From a virus, in the IMG/VR virus record IMGVR_UViG_3300031566_000116, positions 1-42,459 of that record: DNA of 42,459 nucleotides. The stretch is one strand, 5' to 3'. Below the pieces are notes generated by a model. That model did not search any database. It was not told where the DNA came from and saw nothing but the letters and a program-made list of their open reading frames with translations. This document shows, in pieces, positions 13,532 to 21,013 of the stretch; position 1 is the stretch's first letter, and each line of letters starts with the position of its first letter. The translations under genes and the position numbers were made by a program.

Positions 13532-15352
13532 TTAAAATGGTGCTTCTCGTGGTGTCATATCAAAAGCTGCTTCTACTTCTTTGAATGTCGGTTCTGAGTA
13601 AGTTATTAACCCTTGTTTTTGCTCATCTTTTAGCCAGTAACTATTATCCCAATCACCACTAAACTCACCTATTTGGCTATCTGCGTCACCTATTATTTTT
13701 GTATATCTTCCGTTGTTAGTGTTCCACATGAAAACCGCGTTGGCTTGATTCCTACCTAAGTTCTGAAACTTAACTTTCATCACTCTAACGCTCACAGTAT
13801 TTCTATCAAAGTCTCTATGTACACACAAACCGTGATAACTCATATCATACCACTCACCACCGCCTTTAATACTGTAAAAATCAGGCTCAGGCATTTTGCC
13901 TTTATCTTTTATTTGTTTAACTGGATGAGCTACCACAATAACAAGCACATCATACTTTTTACAAAACACGTCTATTTCGTTAAGATAGTCATTTGTGTAT
14001 TGGTTCACATCCGACCGCTTTGATTCTTTCAGATGAATTTTATTAAACGGGTCTAATACTAAACATTTAATCCCTTTGCGCTTTACAAGTTCGGCTGCTT
14101 TTGCCAAAACCTCCTTTAAACTATAACCATTTTCAAAATTAATATGGTAAAAATTATCATTTACCGTAGATTCAACTTTTAGCCATTTTAAAGAATCTAA
14201 TTCGATTTGCGTTTCTGGCCTATATCCTGCATACTTCCTGCAAATTTTATCAATATGCAAAAACTCTGGCTTATTCTCAGGTGAACAGTAAGCCGTTTTC
14301 CATCCGTATTTTAAATTGTACCCAATGCACATTTGGTCTACAAAATCAGACTTCCCATGTGTGGGTATCCCCGTTACAACAATAAACTGCTTTGTGTATG
14401 TTGAAAATATATCATCGAAACCGTCTAATCCAATTTTGAAACCAGACTTTGAGCCATTCAAATAAAAATCCCTTAATTCGTTTCTAACATCGTTTAGAGT
14501 TACTACATTATTTAAAGGGCATTCTTTAGCTTCTAGTATGCGTTTTTTTACACTCTCTACACCTTCTTGGCATAATACCTCATTAAAATCTTTATAAGGG
14601 CTTAAATCGACCGTAAAGCAGTTTTCAGCACCTAGCCGCCTGATTAGTTCTTTTTGCACATTCTGCCCCGCCTCATCATCATCAAGGGCAAGTATGATTC
14701 TTTTCTTATTTTCAAAATATTCAATGCTATTATCTAACCAATCTAAATTTACACCGTGAACCGTTGAACCATTTGGAGAACTAATTACATTATGATGCCC
14801 CGATTCAATAACGCTTAAAACATCCATTTCACCTTCTACGATTATCATTTCGTCAGAAGTTCTGACCGCGTCTAAGTTGTAAGGAATTTTCTCAGCGTCC
14901 TTAACCATCTTAAAGTTCTTGCGCCCATCTCTGTATTTAACATTGATTAGCTCATCATCCCTAAAATAATTAAACTGAATTGTATTTTCTTCTTTCCCTG
15001 TTTGGGGCATCCACTCTTTACCTTCTCCAATTTTAAGCCTACGTAGTGTGAATTGTGTTATTTTGCGCCCCTCAAACCACTTAACTAGATTGTTTGATAG
15101 TGTGGTATTGTTTTGAAAAGATGGTCGCTTATATGGTTTAGTTTCCTTCTTTTTTTTGTAGGTGTGCATTTGTATTGTCTCGCCGCAATGGTGGCAATGT
15201 CCTAAACCTGTTTCCCAATTCAATGATAAACATTTATCGCGTGCCTTTTTTCTTTCAGCGGAACATAAAGGGCACGTGCTCGTCTTAACATTTATTGGCA
15301 GGTCGTATTGGTTGTATTTATCAACCTCGAAACCGTTTATAAATTCGCTCAT
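13532..15352 (-). CDS. bifunctional primase-helicase (T7 gp4-like)
   Basis: 606 aa. The N-terminal zinc ribbon is CPLC...CHHC, the TOPRIM motifs are IIVEGEMDVLS and ALDDDEAGQ, and the C-terminal P-loop helicase Walker A is TGIPTHGKS. Confidence 0.85.
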   Translation of the reverse strand: MSEFINGFEVDKYNQYDLPINVKTSTCPLCSAERKKARDKCLSLNWETGLGHCHHCGETIQMHTYKKKKETKPYKRPSFQNNTTLSNNLVKWFEGRKITQFTLRRLKIGEGKEWMPQTGKEENTIQFNYFRDDELINVKYRDGRKNFKMVKDAEKIPYNLDAVRTSDEMIIVEGEMDVLSVIESGHHNVISSPNGSTVHGVNLDWLDNSIEYFENKKRIILALDDDEAGQNVQKELIRRLGAENCFTVDLSPYKDFNEVLCQEGVESVKKRILEAKECPLNNVVTLNDVRNELRDFYLNGSKSGFKIGLDGFDDIFSTYTKQFIVVTGIPTHGKSDFVDQMCIGYNLKYGWKTAYCSPENKPEFLHIDKICRKYAGYRPETQIELDSLKWLKVESTVNDNFYHINFENGYSLKEVLAKAAELVKRKGIKCLVLDPFNKIHLKESKRSDVNQYTNDYLNEIDVFCKKYDVLVIVVAHPVKQIKDKGKMPEPDFYSIKGGGEWYDMSYHGLCVHRDFDRNTVSVRVMKVKFQNLGRNQANAVFMWNTNNGRYTKIIGDADSQIGEFSGDWDNSYWLKDEQKQGLITYSEPTFKEVEAAFDMTPREAPF

Positions 15353-15353
15353 A

Positions 15354-16154
15354 TCAAAATTTTGTTATTACCTTAACTTGCATACGTTTGCACCAATCTT
15401 CTATTTCGGCTTCTGTGTGGTAACGCTCTACACAATCATGGGTATATTGAACCCTATAAACCTTTTCGCCAGCATCTACTTTAGGCTTTATATCAGAATA
15501 TTCTTTTTGTAGCCATTTTTTAGCTGTGAGATAAAGCGATTTGTATTTCTTATTGTCTTTATAGTTTTCAATACTATCTAAAATATTATCTATTTGGTTA
15601 TTTGAATATCCAAACTCTATCAATTTTTCATAGTCAGAATGAGAAAGCGATAGGTGGGCAAAGCTTCTGTAATTATCTTCTTTTATTTCATCTTCTTTAC
15701 TTTCCTTTACTTTACTTTTCTTTGTTGATTTCTGTTCGCAAATTGTTGATTTTTGTTCGCATAAAATCGAAAGATGCTTACATAAATCCAATTTATGCAA
15801 GCACGTATTACTTCTGCGCTTATATGCATCTTCAATATTGCTAATGAAGTTTTCTGAAAATACTATTTTATTATTCCATAGAAACTCATCAATAGCCCCT
15901 AACTTTGCACATAAATCATAGATAGATGTAAGCTGTGATTCTGTTACTTTAAGTTTTGAAACTAGGAAAAGAAGGTCTGTATCATCTCTTAAATCTATGT
16001 AGTGATTATCACTACTACCTAATAATTCAAGTGTCTTAAACCATATAGCGTACCCCACATGCTTAAAAGTAGATTCTATAATAAATAGCGTTTTCCCTGA
16101 GTCGCAATAGTGCGGAAAATAATCAACTGTATTTTTATCTTTCCTTCCTGCCAT
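15354..16154 (-). CDS. DUF4373-type replication initiation/organiser protein
   Basis: The N-terminus VDYFPHYCDSGKTLFIIESTFKHVGYAIWFKTLELLG matches the Lin1244/Lin1753-like (DUF4373) signature common in Bacteroidota phages. It sits immediately upstream of the primase-helicase. Confidence 0.65.
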   Translation of the reverse strand: MAGRKDKNTVDYFPHYCDSGKTLFIIESTFKHVGYAIWFKTLELLGSSDNHYIDLRDDTDLLFLVSKLKVTESQLTSIYDLCAKLGAIDEFLWNNKIVFSENFISNIEDAYKRRSNTCLHKLDLCKHLSILCEQKSTICEQKSTKKSKVKESKEDEIKEDNYRSFAHLSLSHSDYEKLIEFGYSNNQIDNILDSIENYKDNKKYKSLYLTAKKWLQKEYSDIKPKVDAGEKVYRVQYTHDCVERYHTEAEIEDWCKRMQVKVITKF

Positions 16155-16200
16155 AATTTTTTTGTTAAAATTTTAATAAGTTTAGAGCCAAAAAAAGCGT

Positions 16201-16353
16201 TTAAGCCCTTGGAATATCTTTAACTAATTGATAATTCCCTATTTTTTTGCCTGTTAATTTACCTCTCTTAATGAGATTGTAAATGTTATGTACGCTCTCA
16301 TTATATTTGCTTGCGTACTCCTTTACCGATAAATACGTTTCTTGTTTTTCCAT
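16201..16353 (-). CDS. small helix-turn-helix DNA-binding protein (excisionase/MerR-like, 50 aa, below the track cutoff)
   Basis: Hand translation gives MEKQETYLSVKEYASKYNESVHNIYNLIKRGKLTGKKIGNYQLVKDIPRA. LSVKEYA...VHNIYNLIKRGKL...G...L is the typical excisionase-family HTH. Confidence 0.55.
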   Translation of the reverse strand: MEKQETYLSVKEYASKYNESVHNIYNLIKRGKLTGKKIGNYQLVKDIPRA

Positions 16354-16357
16354 GTTG

Positions 16358-16388
16358 TAAATCTACGTTAATATATTAACAATACAAA
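16358..16388 (-). promoter_or_regulatory. Bacteroidota-type promoter candidate (TTTG-N19-TAGATTTA)
   Basis: The minus strand reads TTTG (16388..16385), 19 nt, then TAGATTTA (16365..16358). The -7 box ends 4 nt before the ATG at 16353, implying a leaderless or near-leaderless mRNA. Confidence 0.5.
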
Positions 16389-16406
16389 ATAAAAAGTAAA
16401 AAAGAA

Positions 16407-16426
16407 TGCCTTAAATTATCAAGGCA
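16407..16426 (-). terminator. rho-independent terminator candidate after the 210-aa methylase gene
   Basis: The minus strand reads TGCCTT-GATAATTT-AAGGCA followed by TTCTTTTTTACTTTTTATTTT. Confidence 0.6.
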
Positions 16427-16435
16427 CTCTTAAGG

Positions 16436-17068
16436 TTAGAAAAGTTTTAGTTGTCGTTTGTAATAATCAAAGGCAGCCAATCCGCTTTTAAAATAGTCCT
16501 CGTCTATTTCGCAAATGTCTAAATCAAAGCCCTCCATATCGCAAGCAATGGCATGTGTGTGGCTTCCTCCGTGGGTGTCTAGTATTTTCATTCCTTCGCT
16601 TGCGTATTTTTGCAGTGTCCACCTGTACAGATCGATAGGTTTTTGAGTTGGATGTATTCTATCTTTCTGCATTGCAGTTTTATTGTAAATCTTTGCTCCA
16701 TTTTTAAAAGAAGTCCAAGCCATTTCGCACATCGCAAAGCTCATATCTTCAGCGATTTTCTTATCCCATACAATATAGCATTTACAATTGCCTAACCTAT
16801 CTAAAAAGTAATTACCTCCCCATACAATCATATTCTTACTAACCCTCTTTAGCTCTTCAAAGTATTCGTTTGTTGGGGTGCTTTTATCCCAAACCTTTAT
16901 TTCGTATTTTTCTTTGAAATGAGTGCCGCTATTATTAATGTCAATTCCATAAGGCGGGTCAACTATTGCCAAATCGTAGTAGTTATCTGGCTTCGTTTTC
17001 ATAAACTCGATATTATCACAGTTGTAAAAACAAATGCCACCTCGTTGCTCTTTTTTAAATTCGCTCAT
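16436..17068 (-). CDS. DNA N6-adenine methyltransferase (beta class)
   Basis: 210 aa. Motif IV is IVDPPYGI, followed by the conserved HPTQKP and a degenerate motif I ILDTHGGSHT. Confidence 0.8.
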   Translation of the reverse strand: MSEFKKEQRGGICFYNCDNIEFMKTKPDNYYDLAIVDPPYGIDINNSGTHFKEKYEIKVWDKSTPTNEYFEELKRVSKNMIVWGGNYFLDRLGNCKCYIVWDKKIAEDMSFAMCEMAWTSFKNGAKIYNKTAMQKDRIHPTQKPIDLYRWTLQKYASEGMKILDTHGGSHTHAIACDMEGFDLDICEIDEDYFKSGLAAFDYYKRQLKLF

Positions 17069-17074
17069 TTTGTT

Positions 17075-17293
17075 TTATTTGTTAAGTTCCTCTATTTCTG
17101 TTATAAGATTATGTACCGCCTCGCATTTTTGTATAATTTCTGAATGATTATCAGCGTTACGGCATTGTAATCCATGGAGTGAACCGATTGTTGAGTACCT
17201 TATGTTTTCAGATTCGATCATATAATCCCCCCAAGGGTCAGGAGATATTATGAAAGTATCTTTCCTGTAGGTTGCTAGATTTAATTTGCTCAT
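17075..17293 (-). CDS. hypothetical protein (72 aa)
   Basis: Track ORF with an ATGA-type overlap to the upstream gene. Confidence 0.55.
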   Translation of the reverse strand: MSKLNLATYRKDTFIISPDPWGDYMIESENIRYSTIGSLHGLQCRNADNHSEIIQKCEAVHNLITEIEELNK

Positions 17294-17655
17294 TTTATCA
17301 TCAATTTAATTTGACTCTGCAATTTTATTAAATTCTCGTAGCTCAGAAATGATGAAAGCATAATCACATCTTGGATGAGGTCGGCACGGTCTCCGAAGTC
17401 TTCGGCTATCTTGTCAGCTCCTAACTGCTTTCTTATGCCCTTATCAAGCTCTCTGGCGGCTAGTTTTAACTTTGTAATGTTACGCCTTTCATCTCTGCAA
17501 TTAACCCCGAAATGGTCGGCTAAATGGTTTATTTTATTTGCTATGCTTAAATGAATGTCGGCGAATACCATTTCGGAATAAGTGAGCCTTATCATTTCTT
17601 GTGCTTGTGCGTTGCCGTTTTGAGCAAGTTCCAAAAGTTTCTCTGCTGCTGTCAT
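17290..17655 (-). CDS. hypothetical protein (121 aa)
   Basis: Track ORF. No motif recognised. Confidence 0.6.
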   Translation of the reverse strand: MTAAEKLLELAQNGNAQAQEMIRLTYSEMVFADIHLSIANKINHLADHFGVNCRDERRNITKLKLAARELDKGIRKQLGADKIAEDFGDRADLIQDVIMLSSFLSYENLIKLQSQIKLMIK

Positions 17656-17795
17656 TTTTTTTCGTTTAATTTTTGCAATAAGAAGTCAGCTATCAACTCC
17701 TTATATTCAAGTTCAGCCTCATTTGTGCCGATGTTATTTTTGTCGGCTTGCTCCCACAGGCTTTCAAGTTTTTCGATTATTTCAGAACGTTTCAT
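17652..17795 (-). CDS. hypothetical protein (47 aa, below the track cutoff)
   Basis: Hand translation gives MKRSEIIEKLESLWEQADKNNIGTNEAELEYKELIADFLLQKLNEKK. Its stop overlaps the next ATG (ATGA). Confidence 0.4.
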   Translation of the reverse strand: MKRSEIIEKLESLWEQADKNNIGTNEAELEYKELIADFLLQKLNEKK

Positions 17796-17808
17796 AGGTG
17801 TAGAATAA

Positions 17809-17826
17809 ACCCCCAATTAAGGGGGT
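17809..17826 (-). terminator. GC-rich hairpin after the HNH gene (weak terminator candidate)
   Basis: ACCCCC-AATTAA-GGGGGT. On the minus strand it is followed by TTATTCT, a poor U tract. Confidence 0.4.
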
Positions 17827-17833
17827 GTTAATA

Positions 17834-18370
17834 TTAAATTTTTACCTCACTAATTATTGCCTGTTCTCCTATTATTAGTTTAATAGCTAGTTTATGCAAA
17901 GCTTTTGAGTGGAGTGGTTTGTCATTATAATAGTATATCTTTTTTTCGCTATCTAATTTTAATATTCGGTGTATCTGTTTGTGGATAGAGGTGTTTTTAA
18001 GTATAAATACATCCTCAATATATTCATCATTATAATTCCAATGATGACAAATCTGACCTTTAGAAAGTAACCCCTTTTTTTCTAGCTTTTTACTTAAAGT
18101 TTTATACTTACCACCATTAGACCATGGTCTTTTTTCATCCCAAACTTTTTGCTTTTCACAATAGCCTAATCTGTGATATTTTTCCCTGTGTCTGATTCTT
18201 TCCGACTCTACACCTTCGGCGGTTGACCTTATTTGCGATTCCCTTTTTTTAGAGTCCTGTTTTGTGCAGTCTTTACATTTGTTCAAATGCCCATCTGCCA
18301 TCTCAGAGTGCTTATAGAAGTGGGATAAATCTTTATCTATCCCACATCTGAAACATACCTTATTTGCCAT
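17834..18370 (-). CDS. HNH endonuclease with N-terminal zinc ribbon (178 aa)
   Basis: The N-terminus is CFRCGIDKDLSHFYKHSEMADGHLNKCKDC. The HNH core is ICHHWNYNDEYIEDVFILKNTSIHKQIH. Confidence 0.7.
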   Translation of the reverse strand: MANKVCFRCGIDKDLSHFYKHSEMADGHLNKCKDCTKQDSKKRESQIRSTAEGVESERIRHREKYHRLGYCEKQKVWDEKRPWSNGGKYKTLSKKLEKKGLLSKGQICHHWNYNDEYIEDVFILKNTSIHKQIHRILKLDSEKKIYYYNDKPLHSKALHKLAIKLIIGEQAIISEVKI

Positions 18371-18416
18371 AACTATATATTTTGTTTATGTAAATATAGG
18401 CATTAAAAAGGTAATA

Positions 18417-18779
18417 TCAAAATGGTAGTTTATCGCTTTCGTCTGCTGGCTTTAAATCTTCAATGGTGGCGGTAGTGGTTGGTTCATACTTCACTGGGTC
18501 TAACTTCCAACACTCCAAAGAATTGAAATAGTTTACCTTTCCATCCTTCTCCCATTTGCGACCGCGAACATTAAACGAAGCGTTAACATCATCGCCTACC
18601 TTCATGCTATCAACTAGACTGCATTTGTCTTGTGTTAATTGAAACTTAATAAAATCGTTCCAATCGCTGTTTTTTTCGTTTTCAACCTCTATAACAAACT
18701 CGCGCTTTTTAAATGTTTCGCTAATTTTTACGGTGTCCTCAATTACTACTAATTTCCCTTTGATTTCAAATGTGCTCAT
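18417..18779 (-). CDS. DUF3127-family protein, probable single-stranded DNA-binding protein
   Basis: FEIKGKL...KKREFVIE...FIKFQL...G..V.ASFNVRGRKWEKDGKVNYFNSLECWKL matches the DUF3127 OB-fold pattern. The C-terminal tail ends with the acidic ADESDKLPF, like the SSB tip. Sits next to the ERF gene. Confidence 0.65.
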   Translation of the reverse strand: MSTFEIKGKLVVIEDTVKISETFKKREFVIEVENEKNSDWNDFIKFQLTQDKCSLVDSMKVGDDVNASFNVRGRKWEKDGKVNYFNSLECWKLDPVKYEPTTTATIEDLKPADESDKLPF

Positions 18780-18782
18780 AAT

Positions 18783-19244
18783 TTACTTTTTTAAACTAAT
18801 TGATACTATACTTGTTCGCTCTACTGTTGGAGGGTTTATAATCTCCCCTGTTTGAGGGTCTGGTGTTGGCACCTTCAAAGTCTTTAACCATTCCTCCCTA
18901 ACCTTTTTAGCTCCTTTAATTTTCATTTCGTCCATGGACAAACTTAACCATTCTGGGTCTTCACAATCTTTAAAATTATAGTTAGGTCGTTCCGACTTTG
19001 TGAATGTAGTGCCGTTGTATTCAAATGATTTTTCCGTGTGTCTATCGGCTGCATCTTGGATATACTCTTTTATATCCTTATCGCCACGTAAAGCCTTTAT
19101 TATGTCCTCAAACGCCTTGAGCATAATGGCGCTAGCTTCCGCGTCAATATAGCCGCTTAAAATGTCATCTTTTACGGAATCGACATAAATGTCAATGCTT
19201 TGCTTGCGCGTTGGTAACTGGGTTAAAATACTAATTGCGTTCAT
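18783..19244 (-). CDS. hypothetical protein (153 aa)
   Basis: ATG at 19244 (MNAISILTQL...) chosen. The track start at 19295 would overlap the ERF gene by 47 nt. Confidence 0.55.
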   Translation of the reverse strand: MNAISILTQLPTRKQSIDIYVDSVKDDILSGYIDAEASAIMLKAFEDIIKALRGDKDIKEYIQDAADRHTEKSFEYNGTTFTKSERPNYNFKDCEDPEWLSLSMDEMKIKGAKKVREEWLKTLKVPTPDPQTGEIINPPTVERTSIVSISLKK

Positions 19245-19248
19245 GTCT

Positions 19249-19905
19249 CTATTTATTAGTTTCAAATGATACTTCTTTAGGGTCTTTGAACTCATTGCCT
19301 TTATTAATTATGGCAGTTTTAAACTTCTCATCTTTTTGAAGATGTACGTTCCCTTTCCATATAGCTGCAACCTCATCAGCACTTTTGCAATTGATAATCA
19401 AAGGCAATAAGCTTACTAAATTTGTCAGCGGCTGTGTTGGTGTTTTAATGTCATCAGAATGAGTTGTATCTGCATCGTCTATTTTGCCAACAGGGGTTAA
19501 AAAAGTATACAGCAAACAGTTTTTAAGTGCGTATGTTGTTGCTTTGCCAGCTCCTTTATCTTGAGAATCTACGCCATGCCCATAACCAGCTAACTCAATA
19601 CTTTCTCCAGATGTATGTAAAAGCAAGTATTTTGTTTTCACCTTTGTAAAAACACTTTGTTTTGTTTTCACTCCGTAACTACTTGACTCTTCCCATCTAT
19701 CAACTTGCGTTTGTTCCTCGATGTCTATCGGAACAATACACAATCCAGCATTTACTAAAGCATCATTGAACACTTCTTTTACGTCCATATCTTTAGTGCC
19801 ATTATACGATGAAGTGCCAGCGCCAACTTTGCTATTCTTTTCCATCCCCTTAACAGCTTTCATTACTTCTATAATTGCAGCCGCTATTTGTTTCTTTTCA
19901 CTCAT
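19249..19905 (-). CDS. erf: ERF-family single-strand annealing recombinase
   Basis: 218 aa. GHGVDSQDKGAGKATTYALKNCLLYTFLTPVGKIDDAD parallels the conserved ERF block (G.....A.SYA.KY.L...F.I.DD.D) of P22 Erf. Confidence 0.75.
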   Translation of the reverse strand: MSEKKQIAAAIIEVMKAVKGMEKNSKVGAGTSSYNGTKDMDVKEVFNDALVNAGLCIVPIDIEEQTQVDRWEESSSYGVKTKQSVFTKVKTKYLLLHTSGESIELAGYGHGVDSQDKGAGKATTYALKNCLLYTFLTPVGKIDDADTTHSDDIKTPTQPLTNLVSLLPLIINCKSADEVAAIWKGNVHLQKDEKFKTAIINKGNEFKDPKEVSFETNK

Positions 19906-19911
19906 AACTTC

Positions 19912-20337
19912 TTAATTTAAACGTTCGAAAATCATTTTACCATCTTCACCATGTATGCCTATTTCAATATCGTATTTTATGCAGAAATTTCTTGCCGCCT
20001 GATACGCTGCTAATTCTGTGACATTGAAAGCCTCTGTTTTATCACCAGCTTTTTTCAATTCTAATAGATTATACTTGTTTTTCCTTTTAGTTGTGGGTTT
20101 TAACTTTATTTTTAACTTTCTGTTTACACGATAAATTTCCTTTGTTAATTCAAATATTATGGCTCCATCTTCTCCATGAAAGATAACCTCTCCACCGTAA
20201 TTTTTATTAAACATTTTAGCCACGTGGCTTGCCATAGATACTGAAATGTCAAAGCTTTTAGTTTTCTCGCCCACAGTTTTCAATAGTTCTAAGTTGTACT
20301 TCCCTTTTGCTCTTGGTGTTTTTTTGTAAGATTTCAT
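19912..20337 (-). CDS. early protein made of two tandem ~55-aa repeats (141 aa)
   Basis: This is the first gene after the minus-strand promoter. KGKYNLELLKTVGEKTKSFDISV...EVIFHGEDGAIIFEL aligns with KNKYNLLELKKAGDKTEAFNVT...EIGIHGEDGKMIFER. Confidence 0.65.
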   Translation of the reverse strand: MKSYKKTPRAKGKYNLELLKTVGEKTKSFDISVSMASHVAKMFNKNYGGEVIFHGEDGAIIFELTKEIYRVNRKLKIKLKPTTKRKNKYNLLELKKAGDKTEAFNVTELAAYQAARNFCIKYDIEIGIHGEDGKMIFERLN

Positions 20338-20359
20338 GTTATTATTTATTGGTTCGGTA

Positions 20360-20389
20360 CAAATCTAACCATTTAATTTTAATTACAAA
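20360..20389 (-). promoter_or_regulatory. Bacteroidota-type promoter for the long minus-strand unit (TTTG-N18-TAGATTTG)
   Basis: The minus strand reads TTTG (20389..20386) and TAGATTTG (20367..20360), 22 nt upstream of the ATG at 20337. It is part of an inverted copy of the module at 21458-21507. Confidence 0.6.
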
Positions 20390-20438
20390 CTATTTTTAAA
20401 AATAATTTAATTTTATTTTTTATTTCGGAAATAAATTG

Positions 20439-20446
20439 TAGATTTG
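20439..20446 (+). promoter_or_regulatory. -7 box TAGATTTG of the plus-strand early promoter candidate
   Basis: This is the third TAGATTTGT box, in the divergent region and facing gene 20614. Its -33 element is poorly matched. Confidence 0.45.
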
Positions 20447-20469
20447 TGTCGAACTTAAAAACTAAGGAG

Positions 20470-20610
20470 ATGAAAGCAGAAAATGAAGTTAGAAAACCCA
20501 CAACGGTTTGTGTAAGATTAGTAGCACAACCACAAAAATTGATTAATTGTACAACGGCTATATGTGCTATTAATTTTACACTTTGTTATAGCCAGTTATT
20601 AAATAAATAA
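20470..20610 (+). CDS. possible leader ORF (46 aa)
   Basis: Hand translation gives MKAENEVRKPTTVCVRLVAQPQKLINCTTAICAINFTLCYSQLLNK. It lies between the plus-strand -7 box and gene 20614. Coding status is uncertain. Confidence 0.25.
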   Translation: MKAENEVRKPTTVCVRLVAQPQKLINCTTAICAINFTLCYSQLLNK

Positions 20611-20613
20611 TTT

Positions 20614-20916
20614 ATGAACTTAGATAAATTAAAAGCACTGTGCAATAAATATACTGTAGAGGTTAGTTTTAATGGATTTAAACCATTTACACATAAGGTA
20701 ATTAATGCAGAGAAGATGCTCGAAGAAATACACACGACAACTGATGTTGATAAAAGCACGTTTATTGAAAATATAAACAAAGGTAATTTTATGACACCTG
20801 AGTATGAAAGTATCTTCAAATCCATTAAAACGGTTGGAATGTTCCGAACTAAAGGAGACGATGCGCTAAATGGTGCAAAAGCTTACATTGAATGTAGTCG
20901 CCTTAATTGGCTATAA
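20614..20916 (+). CDS. hypothetical protein (100 aa)
   Basis: Track ORF and first plus-strand gene. It is flanked by inverted GTTATAGCCA / TGGCTATAAC copies, and its stop TAA lies in box A of element E7. Confidence 0.7.
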   Translation: MNLDKLKALCNKYTVEVSFNGFKPFTHKVINAEKMLEEIHTTTDVDKSTFIENINKGNFMTPEYESIFKSIKTVGMFRTKGDDALNGAKAYIECSRLNWL

Positions 20917-20968
20917 CGGTGGTAATATATTTTCGTTGTTTTTCACAATGAAATATATTACGTGTTAT
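20911..20968 (+). repeat. structured intergenic element E7 (compact plus-strand copy)
   Basis: Plus strand: CTATAAC-GGTGG-TAATATATTTTC-(loop)-GAAATATATTA-CGT-GTTAT. It has the same orientation relative to transcription as E1-E6. Confidence 0.7.
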
Positions 20969-21013
20969 CGGATGCCTTTTTATCTTTGAGCATTAATAAT
21001 TAAAACTAAAAAC

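Noticed and set aside
20464-20472. Shine-Dalgarno-like AAGGAG in front of the 46-aa leader ORF
   Set aside because: The AGGAG abuts the ATG with no spacer, and no other gene in the genome has an SD sequence. It is probably fortuitous, so the ORF is kept only at low confidence.
20586-20825. Minus-strand 79-aa ORF ending ...NNWL, the same ending as the plus-strand gene it overlaps
   Set aside because: The shared NWL-stop ending is a by-product of the inverted TGGCTATAAC boxes flanking gene 20614..20916. The minus-strand translation is hydrophobic shadow-like sequence, whereas the plus-strand ORF looks like a normal soluble protein and follows a plus-strand promoter box.
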